Origin: a virus
Lineage: Duplodnaviria > Heunggongvirae > Uroviricota > Caudoviricetes
DNA length: 64,000 nt
Virus record (IMG/VR): IMGVR_UViG_3300028603_000027
Location: 1 to 64,000 of that record
Direction: 5' to 3' (one strand)
Shown: piece after piece, positions 1 through 8,819 of the stretch
Position numbering within the stretch: position 1 is the first letter of the stretch
How the letters are laid out: each line of letters begins with the position of its first letter
Notes under the pieces: generated by a model
Databases searched by the model: none
What the model saw: the letters and a program-made list of their open reading frames with translations, nothing else
Told to the model about the DNA's origin: nothing
Translations under genes and position numbers: made by a program

Positions 1-221
1 TTCCCCCACAAGGAAATTACACTTCGGGCAATCCGGCTCAAACTTCTATTGCTTTGTTTAAAGAAGGTGCAGCAGAGGCTTTTCAGGCTAACTGGTATTG
101 GTCTTCAACAGAATATAATTCGTCGCATGGTTGGCTTCAGGGCTTCCACTTTGGTTATCAGAGCACCCGCTACAAGTCTGGTGCGCTCTGTGTTCGGGCC
201 GTTCGGCGTGTTCCAATCTAA
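1..221 (+). CDS. DGR target protein, 3' part (5' end outside window); C-type lectin/DUF1566-like C-terminus containing VR1
   Basis: Frame 3 is open from the window start to TAA 219-221. Translation ends ...NWYWSSTEYNSSHGWLQGFHFGYQSTRYKSGALCVRAVRRVPI, paralogous to the C-termini of ORFs 28997-29383 and 35736-36131. The last 84 nt match TR 903-986 except at TR adenines. Confidence 0.75.
   Translation, partial: PPQGNYTSGNPAQTSIALFKEGAAEAFQANWYWSSTEYNSSHGWLQGFHFGYQSTRYKSGALCVRAVRRVPI
118..201 (+). repeat. DGR variable repeat VR1
   Basis: 84-nt alignment to TR 903-986 with about 20 substitutions, all at positions where the TR has A. Ends with the shared GC-rich tgttcgggccg. Confidence 0.85.
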
Positions 222-225
222 TTGC

Positions 226-256
226 TTTAGCAATTGATTGCAAATGTTTGTTATGT
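226..256 (+). other. Inverted repeat (hairpin/cruciform) just downstream of VR1
   Basis: caatctaattgc-ttta-gcaattgattg forms an 11-12 bp stem with one bulge, 5 nt after the target-gene stop codon. Confidence 0.4.
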
Positions 257-376
257 TCGGGCATTCTCTGTTTATTTGAGAGGTTCGGGCCTTAGAGGGG
301 AGAGGAGCTTTGTGCTCCTCTCGTTATTTTATTCACATATTTTGTATGTTTTTTAGCTAGGCAATTTATTGCCTTT

Positions 377-721
377 ATGTTGGAAATGTTGAAAAGTAAT
401 TTTGTTAAGTATTCTGTAGGTAAAGATAAGTGCTTGGATAAGTACAAGAGTGCTGTTGACTTTATAAGTTCTATTACACATATTGTTAAACGCACATCAT
501 TTCCACTAAAGATAGTGGTAGGAGAACCAATTATTCAGATGGGTTATGACATTTCTGTAGCTTTACAGGAGTATTATAACAAGGAAGATGAGTTTTTCTA
601 CATACCTTCTAAAGTGGATTTAAATGCGCGTTTACGTGTTGCGAAAGATTTGGGCATCCTGAAGGACAAGGATTATGCTCGAATTATATTGCTAGTTGAC
701 AATATTTACAAAGATTTGTAA
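377..721 (+). CDS. avd: Accessory variability determinant (Avd)-like small protein
   Basis: 114-aa ORF lying between the VR-bearing target gene and the TR/RT, the canonical target-avd-TR-RT order. Basic, helical-looking sequence; no direct motif evidence. Confidence 0.5.
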   Translation: MLEMLKSNFVKYSVGKDKCLDKYKSAVDFISSITHIVKRTSFPLKIVVGEPIIQMGYDISVALQEYYNKEDEFFYIPSKVDLNARLRVAKDLGILKDKDYARIILLVDNIYKDL

Positions 722-902
722 AATACGACGCTAGCAAAATCGGGAGCAAAACATAACTGAATATTTTGGTATTCTCCCTGTCGAAAGACACGGATAAGTT
801 GTTTAAAGCTTTAATTAGATGTTTCATTTAATTGCGGCCTTAAATGACAACTGATCGGAACTTCTAAATGTTGTTCTGATTGGTGTGTAATAGGATACAA
901 AC

Positions 903-986
903 ATTCGTCGAATGGTTGGAATCAGAACTTCAACAATGGTAATCAGAACAACAACAACAAGACTAATGCGAACTATGTTCGGGCCG
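903..986 (+). repeat. DGR template repeat (TR)
   Basis: attcgtcgaatggttggaatcagaac...ttcgggccg, about 31 adenines, AAC-rich in the target reading frame (codes SSNGWNQNFNNGNQNNNNKTNANYVRA). Three cognate VRs differ from it only at A positions. Confidence 0.85.
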
Positions 987-996
987 CAAAATATGG

Positions 997-2079
997 TTGT
1001 GTTTTATTTGTTGCGCCCTTGAGGGTGTATTTAAAGGGTTGATTTTGCAGCACGTACCTTGCGATATTGAATTTGAAGAGTTGGTGGAAGCTTACTTCGA
1101 TTGTCGGCGTAATAAAAGAACCACACACTCTGCTTTAGATTTTGAAATGAACTTAGAAGAAAATCTTCTACAACTCTATCATGAATTGAGAACAGGAACC
1201 TATGAGATTGGAAAATCTATATGTTTCGTCGTTAAAATTCCTAGAGTGAGGGAGATTTGGGCAGCAAACTTTAGAGATAGAATTGTACATCATTTGATAT
1301 ACAACAGGATGTCTCCGAAGTGGAATAGAAGATTTAGTGCTGATAGCTGTGCCTGTATTCCAGGCAGAGGAACGCTATACGGTGCGACAAGATTGGAAAA
1401 GCATATACGATCTTTCACAAATAATTGGGAAAAGGATTATTGGTATTTGAAGTGCGACTTGTCAAACTTCTTCGTATCAATAAAGAAGGATGTTTTGTGG
1501 TCTTTAATGGAGCCTTCCATTGAGGATGGTTGGTTAAAAGACATCACTAAGTTGGTGTTGTATAGTGACCCCACTAAAAACTTCACTCTCAATTCAAGAG
1601 ATTGGGAAGCAGAACTCGTTCCCGAGAGAAAGAGATTATGTCTAGCAGGAGAAAATACAGGCTTGCCTATTGGCAATTTAACGAGCCAATTCTTCGCTAA
1701 CATCTTGTTGAATGAGCTAGATAAATTTGCTAAACATACTTTGAAAGCTAAGAAGTATATCCGTTATGTTGATGATTGTATCATCTTAGCGGAAGACAAA
1801 GAAACGCTCATTGAAATGAAGGCGAAAATGGATGAATTTGTGAAGACGATTGGACTTTCGTTCAATCCGAAGAAATGTTTCATTCATAAGATAAACAGAG
1901 GAGTCAGCTTTGTGGGCCAAACTGTCTATCCTCATCGTCGTGTGCCTTTAAAGAACACTGTAGACAAATGCATTGAGAAAGCGATCACCTCTCCAGATTC
2001 TATTCCCTGCTTTATAGCTTATTTTGAACAAGCAGAAAAATCTTATAATTTAGTACAAAGGTTTTTGATAAACACGTAA
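997..2079 (+). CDS. DGR reverse transcriptase
   Basis: RT motifs are present: LPIGNLTSQFFANILLNELD (the DGR-specific IGxxxSQ signature) and YIRYVDDCIIL (YxDD catalytic box). It lies immediately 3' of the TR. Confidence 0.9.
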   Translation: MCFICCALEGVFKGLILQHVPCDIEFEELVEAYFDCRRNKRTTHSALDFEMNLEENLLQLYHELRTGTYEIGKSICFVVKIPRVREIWAANFRDRIVHHLIYNRMSPKWNRRFSADSCACIPGRGTLYGATRLEKHIRSFTNNWEKDYWYLKCDLSNFFVSIKKDVLWSLMEPSIEDGWLKDITKLVLYSDPTKNFTLNSRDWEAELVPERKRLCLAGENTGLPIGNLTSQFFANILLNELDKFAKHTLKAKKYIRYVDDCIILAEDKETLIEMKAKMDEFVKTIGLSFNPKKCFIHKINRGVSFVGQTVYPHRRVPLKNTVDKCIEKAITSPDSIPCFIAYFEQAEKSYNLVQRFLINT

Positions 2080-2104
2080 CTTTAATACTTGACAGAGAAA
2101 ATTT

Positions 2105-2749
2105 ATGAAATATGTACAATTCACTTATGTAGATGTGCAGACAGGGGTTCCTGTCTCTGAAACCCCCGCAGCGAACGGGCCTACTATTCCAGAGGGAATT
2201 ATCCCTACTTTTGATCTTCAAAACACTCGTTCCCAACAGGCACCTATTGTGTTTGGATTTATTCCCGACGAAGCAGAAGAGCTTTTTGACACTCTCCCTG
2301 AGTTTATCAGAGAAGTAGACGAAGATTCCTTCTTCTCCGCTTTTAAGGAAGAACTTAAAGAAAGAGCAAGAACAAAAAGAATTCAAATGGAACAAGGTGG
2401 GGTCATGGTAAATGATTCTGTCATTGGTACTACGATTGAAGATCAAAACCGTGTTACAGGTATGGCTACCACTTTAATGATTGACCCGGATATGGAGAGT
2501 ATTGACTTTGAATACTCTCCAGGGCAATGGATTAACATTTCCCGCGAAGTAGGGTTAGCTATTGGTGTAGCTGTTGCTCGACACGTGCAACACTGCTTCT
2601 CGTGGTGTCGTAATGTTCACGAACAAATTGATTCAATGGAAATTGATATTAACTCCTTAGAAAACGCTATGCCTATTTTGGAAGCTATCAATTCTTTTGG
2701 ACTCACTGACTCTACTCCCGAGGGCGAAGAGCCTACGGACGAAGAGTAA
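2105..2749 (+). CDS. Hypothetical acidic protein
   Basis: 214-aa ORF with an acidic C-terminus (EGEEPTDEE); no recognisable motif. Confidence 0.45.
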   Translation: MKYVQFTYVDVQTGVPVSETPAANGPTIPEGIIPTFDLQNTRSQQAPIVFGFIPDEAEELFDTLPEFIREVDEDSFFSAFKEELKERARTKRIQMEQGGVMVNDSVIGTTIEDQNRVTGMATTLMIDPDMESIDFEYSPGQWINISREVGLAIGVAVARHVQHCFSWCRNVHEQIDSMEIDINSLENAMPILEAINSFGLTDSTPEGEEPTDEE

Positions 2750-2784
2750 TTTACAAATAAATAATTAAATTTAGGAGAATATAA

Positions 2785-2963
2785 TGGCTACTTTTGTAGA
2801 CCCACGAGTGTTGAAGCCTATCACTGACCGACTCACAGGCGAAGCTCTTGAAGCAATTAATGCTGCACTTGATGCTGTAGCAGCTATCCCTTCTGCACCA
2901 GAGACAGGAACTTTCCATCTAGTCTCAACAGATGGCGTTCTTTCTTGGGAAGCGGTTGAGTAA
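2785..2963 (+). CDS. Small hypothetical protein
   Basis: 59-codon ORF (MATFVDPRVLKPITDRLTGEALEAINAALDAVAAIPSAPETGTFHLVSTDGVLSWEAVE) preceded by AGGAG. Confidence 0.4.
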
Positions 2964-3004
2964 TTAAGGGGCTTTGGCCCCTTCCCTCTTCTAGGGGAAC
3001 GTAA

Positions 3005-3589
3005 ATGAAAAGATTCATCACAAAAAAGCTCGTTGCTTTAGGTCTTTCCGCTTCTGCGGCCTTGTCAGCAGGATATTTGATTGTGCCTTGGGAAGGTTCC
3101 GTTAAAAATAAGAAAGGTGAACACGTAGCATATATTGACGCCGTAGGTGTCCCTACTGCTTGTTATGGACAAACAGGAAGAGATTTATACGGAAAGACAA
3201 TACGGAAAGGTATGATTTATTCAGAGCAAGAATGTTTAATCATGTTAGAAAAAAGTGTTAAACATTTTGAAAGTGTTGTAGACAGAAATGTTCGTGTGCC
3301 TTATGCATCTCCCTACCAAAAATCAGCACTAATTTCCTTCACCTATAATCTGGGAGAGGGGAATCTCCGTAGCAGTACACTCCTAAGACAATTAAACGCT
3401 GGACAGCACGAAGCAGCTTGTGAACAGCTTATACGTTGGGTGTATGCAAAGAAAAAGAAATTGAAAGGCTTGGTTGATAGGCGTTCCGAAGAAATGCTAT
3501 GGTGCATGGGGGATGTTCCTTATGAAGTTGAAATCACTTTCTCTGAAATCACGGAGATGGTAAGAGATTTGAATAAGGAGCCACTATGA
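3005..3589 (+). CDS. SAR endolysin, GH24 (T4/lambda-type) lysozyme
   Basis: The N-terminus LVALGLSASAALSAGYLIV is a weakly hydrophobic Gly/Ala/Ser-rich signal-anchor-release type segment. The lysozyme motifs YIDAVGVPTACYGQTG and ISFTYNLGEGNL follow. Confidence 0.8.
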   Translation: MKRFITKKLVALGLSASAALSAGYLIVPWEGSVKNKKGEHVAYIDAVGVPTACYGQTGRDLYGKTIRKGMIYSEQECLIMLEKSVKHFESVVDRNVRVPYASPYQKSALISFTYNLGEGNLRSSTLLRQLNAGQHEAACEQLIRWVYAKKKKLKGLVDRRSEEMLWCMGDVPYEVEITFSEITEMVRDLNKEPL

Positions 3590-3993
3590 AGTTTTTTTCT
3601 AATATAAAAGATAAGATTGCTGTTTCACTAATAGCTGTACTTTCAGTGATTTGTATATTCCTCTACGTTGGTTCTCTCAATCAATCTCACACTATCAACA
3701 AACAAGAGATTGAACTTTCTGCCCTAAGTGAACAGTTAAAAGAAGAAAGAATTCGTGTTAAAAATCTAGTGGCTCTCGCTCAAGAATACGATGAGATAGT
3801 AACTTCTCAAAAAGAAGACACGAAATCTTTACAGAAGGCGACACAAGATGTTATTCAAGGATTAAATAAAAGTAGAGGAAAATTAAATGAAGAAGGAAAA
3901 GATAGTGGGAGCGTTCCTCTTGATGATAATGTTATCGGGATGCTTTCCGACTTATGTGAAAGAGTACGTGGAAGTCCCTGCCCCAATCCCTAG
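3586..3993 (+). CDS. i-spanin (Rz-like)
   Basis: N-terminal transmembrane segment (IAVSLIAVLSVICIFLYVG) followed by a charged coiled-coil region. Sits directly after the endolysin, and its 3' end overlaps the next lipoprotein gene. Confidence 0.5.
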   Translation: MKFFSNIKDKIAVSLIAVLSVICIFLYVGSLNQSHTINKQEIELSALSEQLKEERIRVKNLVALAQEYDEIVTSQKEDTKSLQKATQDVIQGLNKSRGKLNEEGKDSGSVPLDDNVIGMLSDLCERVRGSPCPNP

Positions 3994-4159
3994 TTCCCTT
4001 GTTCAACATCCTTGTTCACCTGTTGGGCCGGGGGAAACAGTTGATGACCTCATGAGAGGATATGCCTTAAATACTTCCTGCGTTGGGGAGTATAAAATCA
4101 CAGTAGACGGAATTAAACAGTATAACGACAAACAGCGGGAGATGAGAGATGGACAGTAA
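3887..4159 (+). CDS. o-spanin (Rz1-like outer-membrane lipoprotein)
   Basis: Signal peptide with lipobox LLMIMLSGC, proline-rich mature part; overlaps the 3' end of the i-spanin in another frame. Confidence 0.5.
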   Translation: MKKEKIVGAFLLMIMLSGCFPTYVKEYVEVPAPIPSSLVQHPCSPVGPGETVDDLMRGYALNTSCVGEYKITVDGIKQYNDKQREMRDGQ

Positions 4160-4484
4160 TGTGAGTGCGAACAGCGTAAACTCCCGTATTAATAAATTTG
4201 TAGAGAAGTTTGCTGTGTGGATTATCGGTGCGTTATTTTCGCTAGGCGTAGCGGGATGGAATAAGATGGATTCTGATATTGACAGGCTTGAGGAAAGAGT
4301 AGCGTTCTTGTATCAAGATAAAGTAAGCCGTCAAGAGTTGAAGGATGAAATGTTTCTTTTACGCACTCAGATCGAAAGAGACAATCAGGATATGCGTAGA
4401 GGGCAAGAGCAACTACGTGGAGATATTCTCAGCAGACTGGAACTTATCTTGAAGTTAGGAACTCCCCAAAAGATAGTGCAGTAG
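4149..4484 (+). CDS. Membrane protein with coiled-coil (possible holin/antiholin or lysis regulator)
   Basis: One predicted TM segment (FAVWIIGALFSLGVAGW) plus a charged helical C-terminus; position at the end of the lysis cassette. Confidence 0.35.
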   Translation: MDSNVSANSVNSRINKFVEKFAVWIIGALFSLGVAGWNKMDSDIDRLEERVAFLYQDKVSRQELKDEMFLLRTQIERDNQDMRRGQEQLRGDILSRLELILKLGTPQKIVQ

Positions 4485-4595
4485 GTAGCTCTAATCTTAA
4501 TTAAACAAACCTGTAAGGCATTTAAATATTGTTTTAAGGGAAGTGTATCAAATAAACAAAAGAGGGCTTAAAAAGCCCCTAAGACTCTCCTAGTT

Positions 4596-4637
4596 TTTAT
4601 AGCCCCACGCCTTTTGGTGTTGGGGCTTTTTCTTTTT
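4596..4637. terminator. Bidirectional rho-independent terminator
   Basis: agcccca-cgccttttggtgt-tggggct stem followed by tttttcttttt, between convergent genes. A second hairpin, gggcttaaaaagccc, lies at about 4565-4579. Confidence 0.6.
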
Positions 4638-4830
4638 ATAAAGAAATAAAAACATGAGTCAACTGCCGTGACTCTCTTCGTAGACCACTGTTAAACATTT
4701 CTTCTGCTACAGCGTCCCGGACATTAACACCCTTACGAAGCAAATCCAATAGGACAACACGCATGTCTTCATCCTCTGCTGCAAGCTTAACAACCGTTTT
4801 CTTATTCTTATCAAAACAATAAATTCTCAT
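4636..4830 (-). CDS. Hypothetical protein
   Basis: ORF only. Confidence 0.3.
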   Translation of the reverse strand: MRIYCFDKNKKTVVKLAAEDEDMRVVLLDLLRKGVNVRDAVAEEMFNSGLRRESRQLTHVFISL

Positions 4831-5114
4831 CAGTAAAATCCTCCTTCTCCATCGTATTGGCCGGGATGTCCGTTATACCCTAAGTCGTGCCATTCATCCA
4901 TGTCCATCGAATGTTCAGATCGTCTTTTCCTGTAGGTTAAAGTGTCTGCCATTTTAAATAAAACTAATAATTGTTTATCAGAAATTCTGTTTTGTTTCAA
5001 AACATTTTTTACAAACTCAAGATCACTAGAGCGTCCACCCAATAGGGTTATTCTTTCACAAAGTAATTTGGGAGTTGTTGCCCTAATATTGTCGTCCAAG
5101 CTGAACCATTTCAT
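4830..5114 (-). CDS. Hypothetical protein
   Basis: ORF only. Confidence 0.35.
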   Translation of the reverse strand: MKWFSLDDNIRATTPKLLCERITLLGGRSSDLEFVKNVLKQNRISDKQLLVLFKMADTLTYRKRRSEHSMDMDEWHDLGYNGHPGQYDGEGGFY

Positions 5115-5528
5115 TTTATTTTCCTAAATAGAAGATTTTCCTATAGAAAATAAACTTCACGTTTAGAAATTTCGATGACAGGAATATTTGCTACATCACA
5201 AGCAAATATCCAACGGTGAAGCTCTCTGTTGCTGAACAAATGTTTTTCGTAGAGTTTCCCGTTAGGAAGAAGAATGGTGAGCACCATTGACGTATAGATC
5301 ATATAAATTCCTTTAAAGTGAATGTAGAAGAATTGTAGAAGTGAAAACGAAAGTTTGCAAGTTGTACTTTTGCAACAACTATTGTTTTTTAAACAAGAAT
5401 TAGCTTGACAAAGAAAAATAAGTATGATATACTATTTAAAATTTTCCGACAGGGAAATTTACTAATATTCCTCCATTCTGTCTCATTTCTATTTTGATAT
5501 GTACAAATACAACATATCCCCAAAAGGA

Positions 5529-5558
5529 GTTGACAAGAAGATCATCAAAGACTATGAT
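5529..5558 (+). promoter_or_regulatory. Sigma70-like promoter upstream of the Prs-like/NAMPT-like operon
   Basis: TTGACA, a 17-nt spacer, then TATGAT, 30 nt upstream of the 5589 start. A second consensus-like promoter (TTGACA-17-TATACT) lies at 5406-5434. Confidence 0.45.
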
Positions 5559-5588
5559 GGCCTCCTATCCAACTTCTAAGGAAAAGGA

Positions 5589-6380
5589 ATGAGTAACGTC
5601 TACGTTTACAAAACTGATTGTAAAGTCTTTAACTTCCCTGCGGGAGAAGTATCTGTTCGTCTGAATGAAGATACTCTTCGGGATGTCTCAACTATTGTTG
5701 CCCATATTCAAAATAGCGATAATATCATGCAAATGCTACTTTTGAATGACGCCCTTCGTCGTGCGGGTCAACAAAAAATCAACCTACTCATTCCTTATGT
5801 TCCTTATTCTAGACAAGACCGTGTATGTAATTCAGGTGAAGCCTTGAGCATCAAAGTGTTTTGTGATCTTGTAAATAGTTGCAATTTCAATTCTGTGTTC
5901 GTCATGGATTGTCACAGTGATGTCACGTTGGCTCTCCTTAATAATGTCCAACATGCTCATCAAAGTGTTGTATTTAGCCAGATTGAAAAAGATTGGGCTA
6001 ATACAATAATTATTTCCCCTGATGCAGGTGCTTTGAAAAAGGCAGAACAATTTGCTAAAGATCGGGGAGCCAAGGGTGTAGTGGTAGCTAATAAGAAACG
6101 TAATGTCTCTACAGGAGACATAGAATATGTAAGACTAACAGAGTCCGTAGCTAATGAAGATGTGTTTGTCGTAGATGATATTTGTGAGGGAGGAGGGACA
6201 TTTCTTCTCCTTGCAGAGCAACTACAAGAAGCCAAGAGTAAAGAAATTGCTGTAAGTCATGGAATTTTTTCTCGTGGAACGGAAGTTTTGACAAGTGTGT
6301 ACGATAGGGTGTACACTACAAACAGTTATCACCCTGAGTTGGAATCCAAAGACAACCTTGTAGTGTTTAAGATTATTTAA
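5589..6380 (+). CDS. PRPP-synthetase-family pyrophosphokinase (Prs-like; candidate ADPR-PP synthetase Adps of NARP1)
   Basis: PRPP-binding motif VFVVDDICEGGGTFLLL and a Prs-type N-terminal domain. At 263 aa it is shorter than housekeeping Prs and is translationally coupled to a NAMPT homologue. Confidence 0.7.
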   Translation: MSNVYVYKTDCKVFNFPAGEVSVRLNEDTLRDVSTIVAHIQNSDNIMQMLLLNDALRRAGQQKINLLIPYVPYSRQDRVCNSGEALSIKVFCDLVNSCNFNSVFVMDCHSDVTLALLNNVQHAHQSVVFSQIEKDWANTIIISPDAGALKKAEQFAKDRGAKGVVVANKKRNVSTGDIEYVRLTESVANEDVFVVDDICEGGGTFLLLAEQLQEAKSKEIAVSHGIFSRGTEVLTSVYDRVYTTNSYHPELESKDNLVVFKII

Positions 6381-6393
6381 AGGAGAAATAAAT

Positions 6394-8106
6394 ATGTTCA
6401 ACCCACTTCTGATGGTAGACGGCTACAAGCTTGGACACCACAACCAATATCCTGAAGGGATGACTTACCTGTTTAGCAATTTTACAGCGCGAAGCAATAA
6501 AAACTTCAAGAAGATCGCGGCAGCGGAATTCTTAGATGATTTTGTAGTGGTATTTGGCACACAAGCTACAGTGTCCTATCTGAATGAGGTGTGGGAGAAG
6601 GAATTCTTTTCTAAGAAGAAAGAAGCTGTTGTAGATGAGTTTGCAAACATCGTTCGTATGTTTTTGAACGACAATTCTTTTACGGTGGAACATGCAGAAG
6701 CCTTGCACGATCTAGGCTATCTTCCAATTAAATTTCACTCTTTGAAAGAAGGGACTCTGTGTAAAGTGAATGTACCGTTCTTTACTTTGGAAAACACTCA
6801 CCCTGATTTCGCTTGGCTTGTCAACTACATTGAAACACAATTGTCTGCGATGCTTTGGAAGCCGATTACTTCAGCAACTATCGCACGGCATTATAAAAAG
6901 ATTTTGAACCGATATTACGAAAAGACATGCGACAATAAAATGGGCATGGAATTTATGGTGCATGATTTTTCGATGCGTGGCTTGTCTAATGTTTTTGATG
7001 CACATTTTTCTGGAATGGGCCATTTGACTTCTTTCAGCGGGAGCGATAACATTCCTGCTTTGGTTGGGGTGCGTAAATACTATGGATGGGACATTGAAAA
7101 AGAATTTTTAGCGGGTGGTGTTCCCGCAACAGAGCATTCAGTTACTTCCAGCAACATTCAATCCTTTGTTGTGACAGAAGGATGTGATGAACTTGAGGCT
7201 GAAAAGAAAACAATTGAATATTTGATTTCAAAATATCCCTCTGGTTTTCTTTCGTATGTTTCAGATACGTATGATTATTACGGAGTAATTTCAGAGGTGT
7301 TGCCATCTTTAAAAGACAAATTGATGGCTCGGGAAGGGAAATTTGTTGTTCGCCCTGACAGCGGTAATCCTATAGATATCATTTGCGGTTTGGATATTCC
7401 TACTGTAGGCGATTCCACAGCCGCTGCTTGGAATTTGTACGATCAAGTGTCGTGTGATACGCCGCACGGTGAACGTGGAGAGGATATTGTCTCAGGTGTA
7501 TTTCTAATCAACGGAGAATATCGTAACATCAAAATTGTAATTGATTGGAATCGTTACGACAAACAGTATTATTACACAGACGGTTATGAAATTATTTCAG
7601 ATGAAGTGGTTTCTCTGACACCGGAGATGAAGGGGTCGCTGCGTTGTTTGTGGGATGCCTTTGGCGGTACACTGAATGAAAAGGGTTATATGGTATTGGA
7701 TTCCCATATTGGAATTATCTATGGAGACAGTATCACCCCTCAGAGAATGCACGAGATTCTTGAGCGTATGAAGCAAATGGGTTTTGCTGCATCTAATGTT
7801 GTGTTCGGGGCAGGAAGTTTCACATATCAATATACGACACGAGATACCTTTGGCATGGCAATGAAGGCCACATATTGCGAAGTAAATGATGTTCCTGTCA
7901 AGTTGTTTAAAGACCCCAAAACAGGAGACGGCAGTAAGAAGTCTGCTAAGGGGATGTTGGTTGTTCAAGACGGTGTATTGGTGGACGACATGGTGTATGG
8001 AGAGTATTTGGGTCAAAAGAACAACTTGGAAGAAATCAATTCTACTCCTAAAGACACATTCGACGTAATTCGTCAACGGATTAACGAGGGATTAAATGCA
8101 AGTTGA
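6394..8106 (+). CDS. Nicotinamide phosphoribosyltransferase family protein (NadV/NAMPT-like; candidate Namat of NARP1)
   Basis: N-terminus MFNPLLMVDGYKLGHHNQYPEGMTYLFSNFTARS is the typical NAMPT start; 570 aa; the start codon is 14 nt after the Prs-like gene. Confidence 0.8.
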   Translation: MFNPLLMVDGYKLGHHNQYPEGMTYLFSNFTARSNKNFKKIAAAEFLDDFVVVFGTQATVSYLNEVWEKEFFSKKKEAVVDEFANIVRMFLNDNSFTVEHAEALHDLGYLPIKFHSLKEGTLCKVNVPFFTLENTHPDFAWLVNYIETQLSAMLWKPITSATIARHYKKILNRYYEKTCDNKMGMEFMVHDFSMRGLSNVFDAHFSGMGHLTSFSGSDNIPALVGVRKYYGWDIEKEFLAGGVPATEHSVTSSNIQSFVVTEGCDELEAEKKTIEYLISKYPSGFLSYVSDTYDYYGVISEVLPSLKDKLMAREGKFVVRPDSGNPIDIICGLDIPTVGDSTAAAWNLYDQVSCDTPHGERGEDIVSGVFLINGEYRNIKIVIDWNRYDKQYYYTDGYEIISDEVVSLTPEMKGSLRCLWDAFGGTLNEKGYMVLDSHIGIIYGDSITPQRMHEILERMKQMGFAASNVVFGAGSFTYQYTTRDTFGMAMKATYCEVNDVPVKLFKDPKTGDGSKKSAKGMLVVQDGVLVDDMVYGEYLGQKNNLEEINSTPKDTFDVIRQRINEGLNAS

Positions 8107-8319
8107 TAATCGACAATATTTTTCTTGGCCTTATGGGAAAGAAAAAGAAGAGAAGGGAGGGTTCTTTGATTTGCCCGGAAGGGCTTATCCTTGCTATTCT
8201 CCTTACCACAATTTTCCTTCTCATCTCTATATCCCGCCAGGGAAGGGGTATAGGCATGTATGCCCCGACTGCGGAGCAGTGACAGAAGTACACAACAATG
8301 CAGTATTTTAGGAAGATAC

Positions 8320-8781
8320 ATGATTGATTTTAATAAGCCAGTTCAAACTATTAAAGGGAAGCCTGTTATTGTAATCACAACAAATGGGCCAGATCAAAAT
8401 TTTCCAATTGTGGGGCATATCAAAAACAGTGAAGTTATTCGATCTTGGAATCTGTATGGTAAGTTGCGTAAAGGGAGCGAATCGTTTAACATACAAAATG
8501 CTCCACCACTAGACGACTTTGTTGTAGATATAGTGGATGGAAATGGAAGATTGATGGCTAATGTCAAAGTTATGCCAGAAGAGAATAGAATTTCTGTTGA
8601 AACGAAAGAAGGAATTTCTTTGTACAAGAACGGGAAGAGTGTAAATGAAGTTGCAATTAAACGAGAATCCGCCCCAGCACCTGTCCCTGAGGGAGATTTA
8701 GCGTCAGCGTTTTTTAAGCAGTTTAGCTCCAACGGAAGAATATTAGATGATGGTTTGGAGGAAACGGATGGTCAAGATTAA
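8320..8781 (+). CDS. Hypothetical protein
   Basis: ORF starting MIDFNKPVQ with AGGAAG upstream; the longer 8260 start seems less likely. Confidence 0.4.
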   Translation: MIDFNKPVQTIKGKPVIVITTNGPDQNFPIVGHIKNSEVIRSWNLYGKLRKGSESFNIQNAPPLDDFVVDIVDGNGRLMANVKVMPEENRISVETKEGISLYKNGKSVNEVAIKRESAPAPVPEGDLASAFFKQFSSNGRILDDGLEETDGQD

Positions 8782-8819
8782 ACAAATGTTATTTCACGTT
8801 ATACCTCAAGAGGTGTGAC

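Noticed and set aside
49-237. 62-aa ORF in the track overlapping VR1
   Set aside because: Out-of-frame relative to the paralogous C-termini of the other two DGR targets. The real coding frame is frame 3, ending at TAA 219-221.
292-495. 67-aa minus-strand ORF
   Set aside because: Overlaps the avd-like gene on the opposite strand within a + strand operon. No ribosome-binding site.
8096-8311. 71-aa ORF with CPDCG motif between NAMPT-like gene and 8320 gene
   Set aside because: Starts inside the NAMPT-like gene in another frame and lacks an SD. Could be a real small zinc-finger protein, but the support is insufficient.
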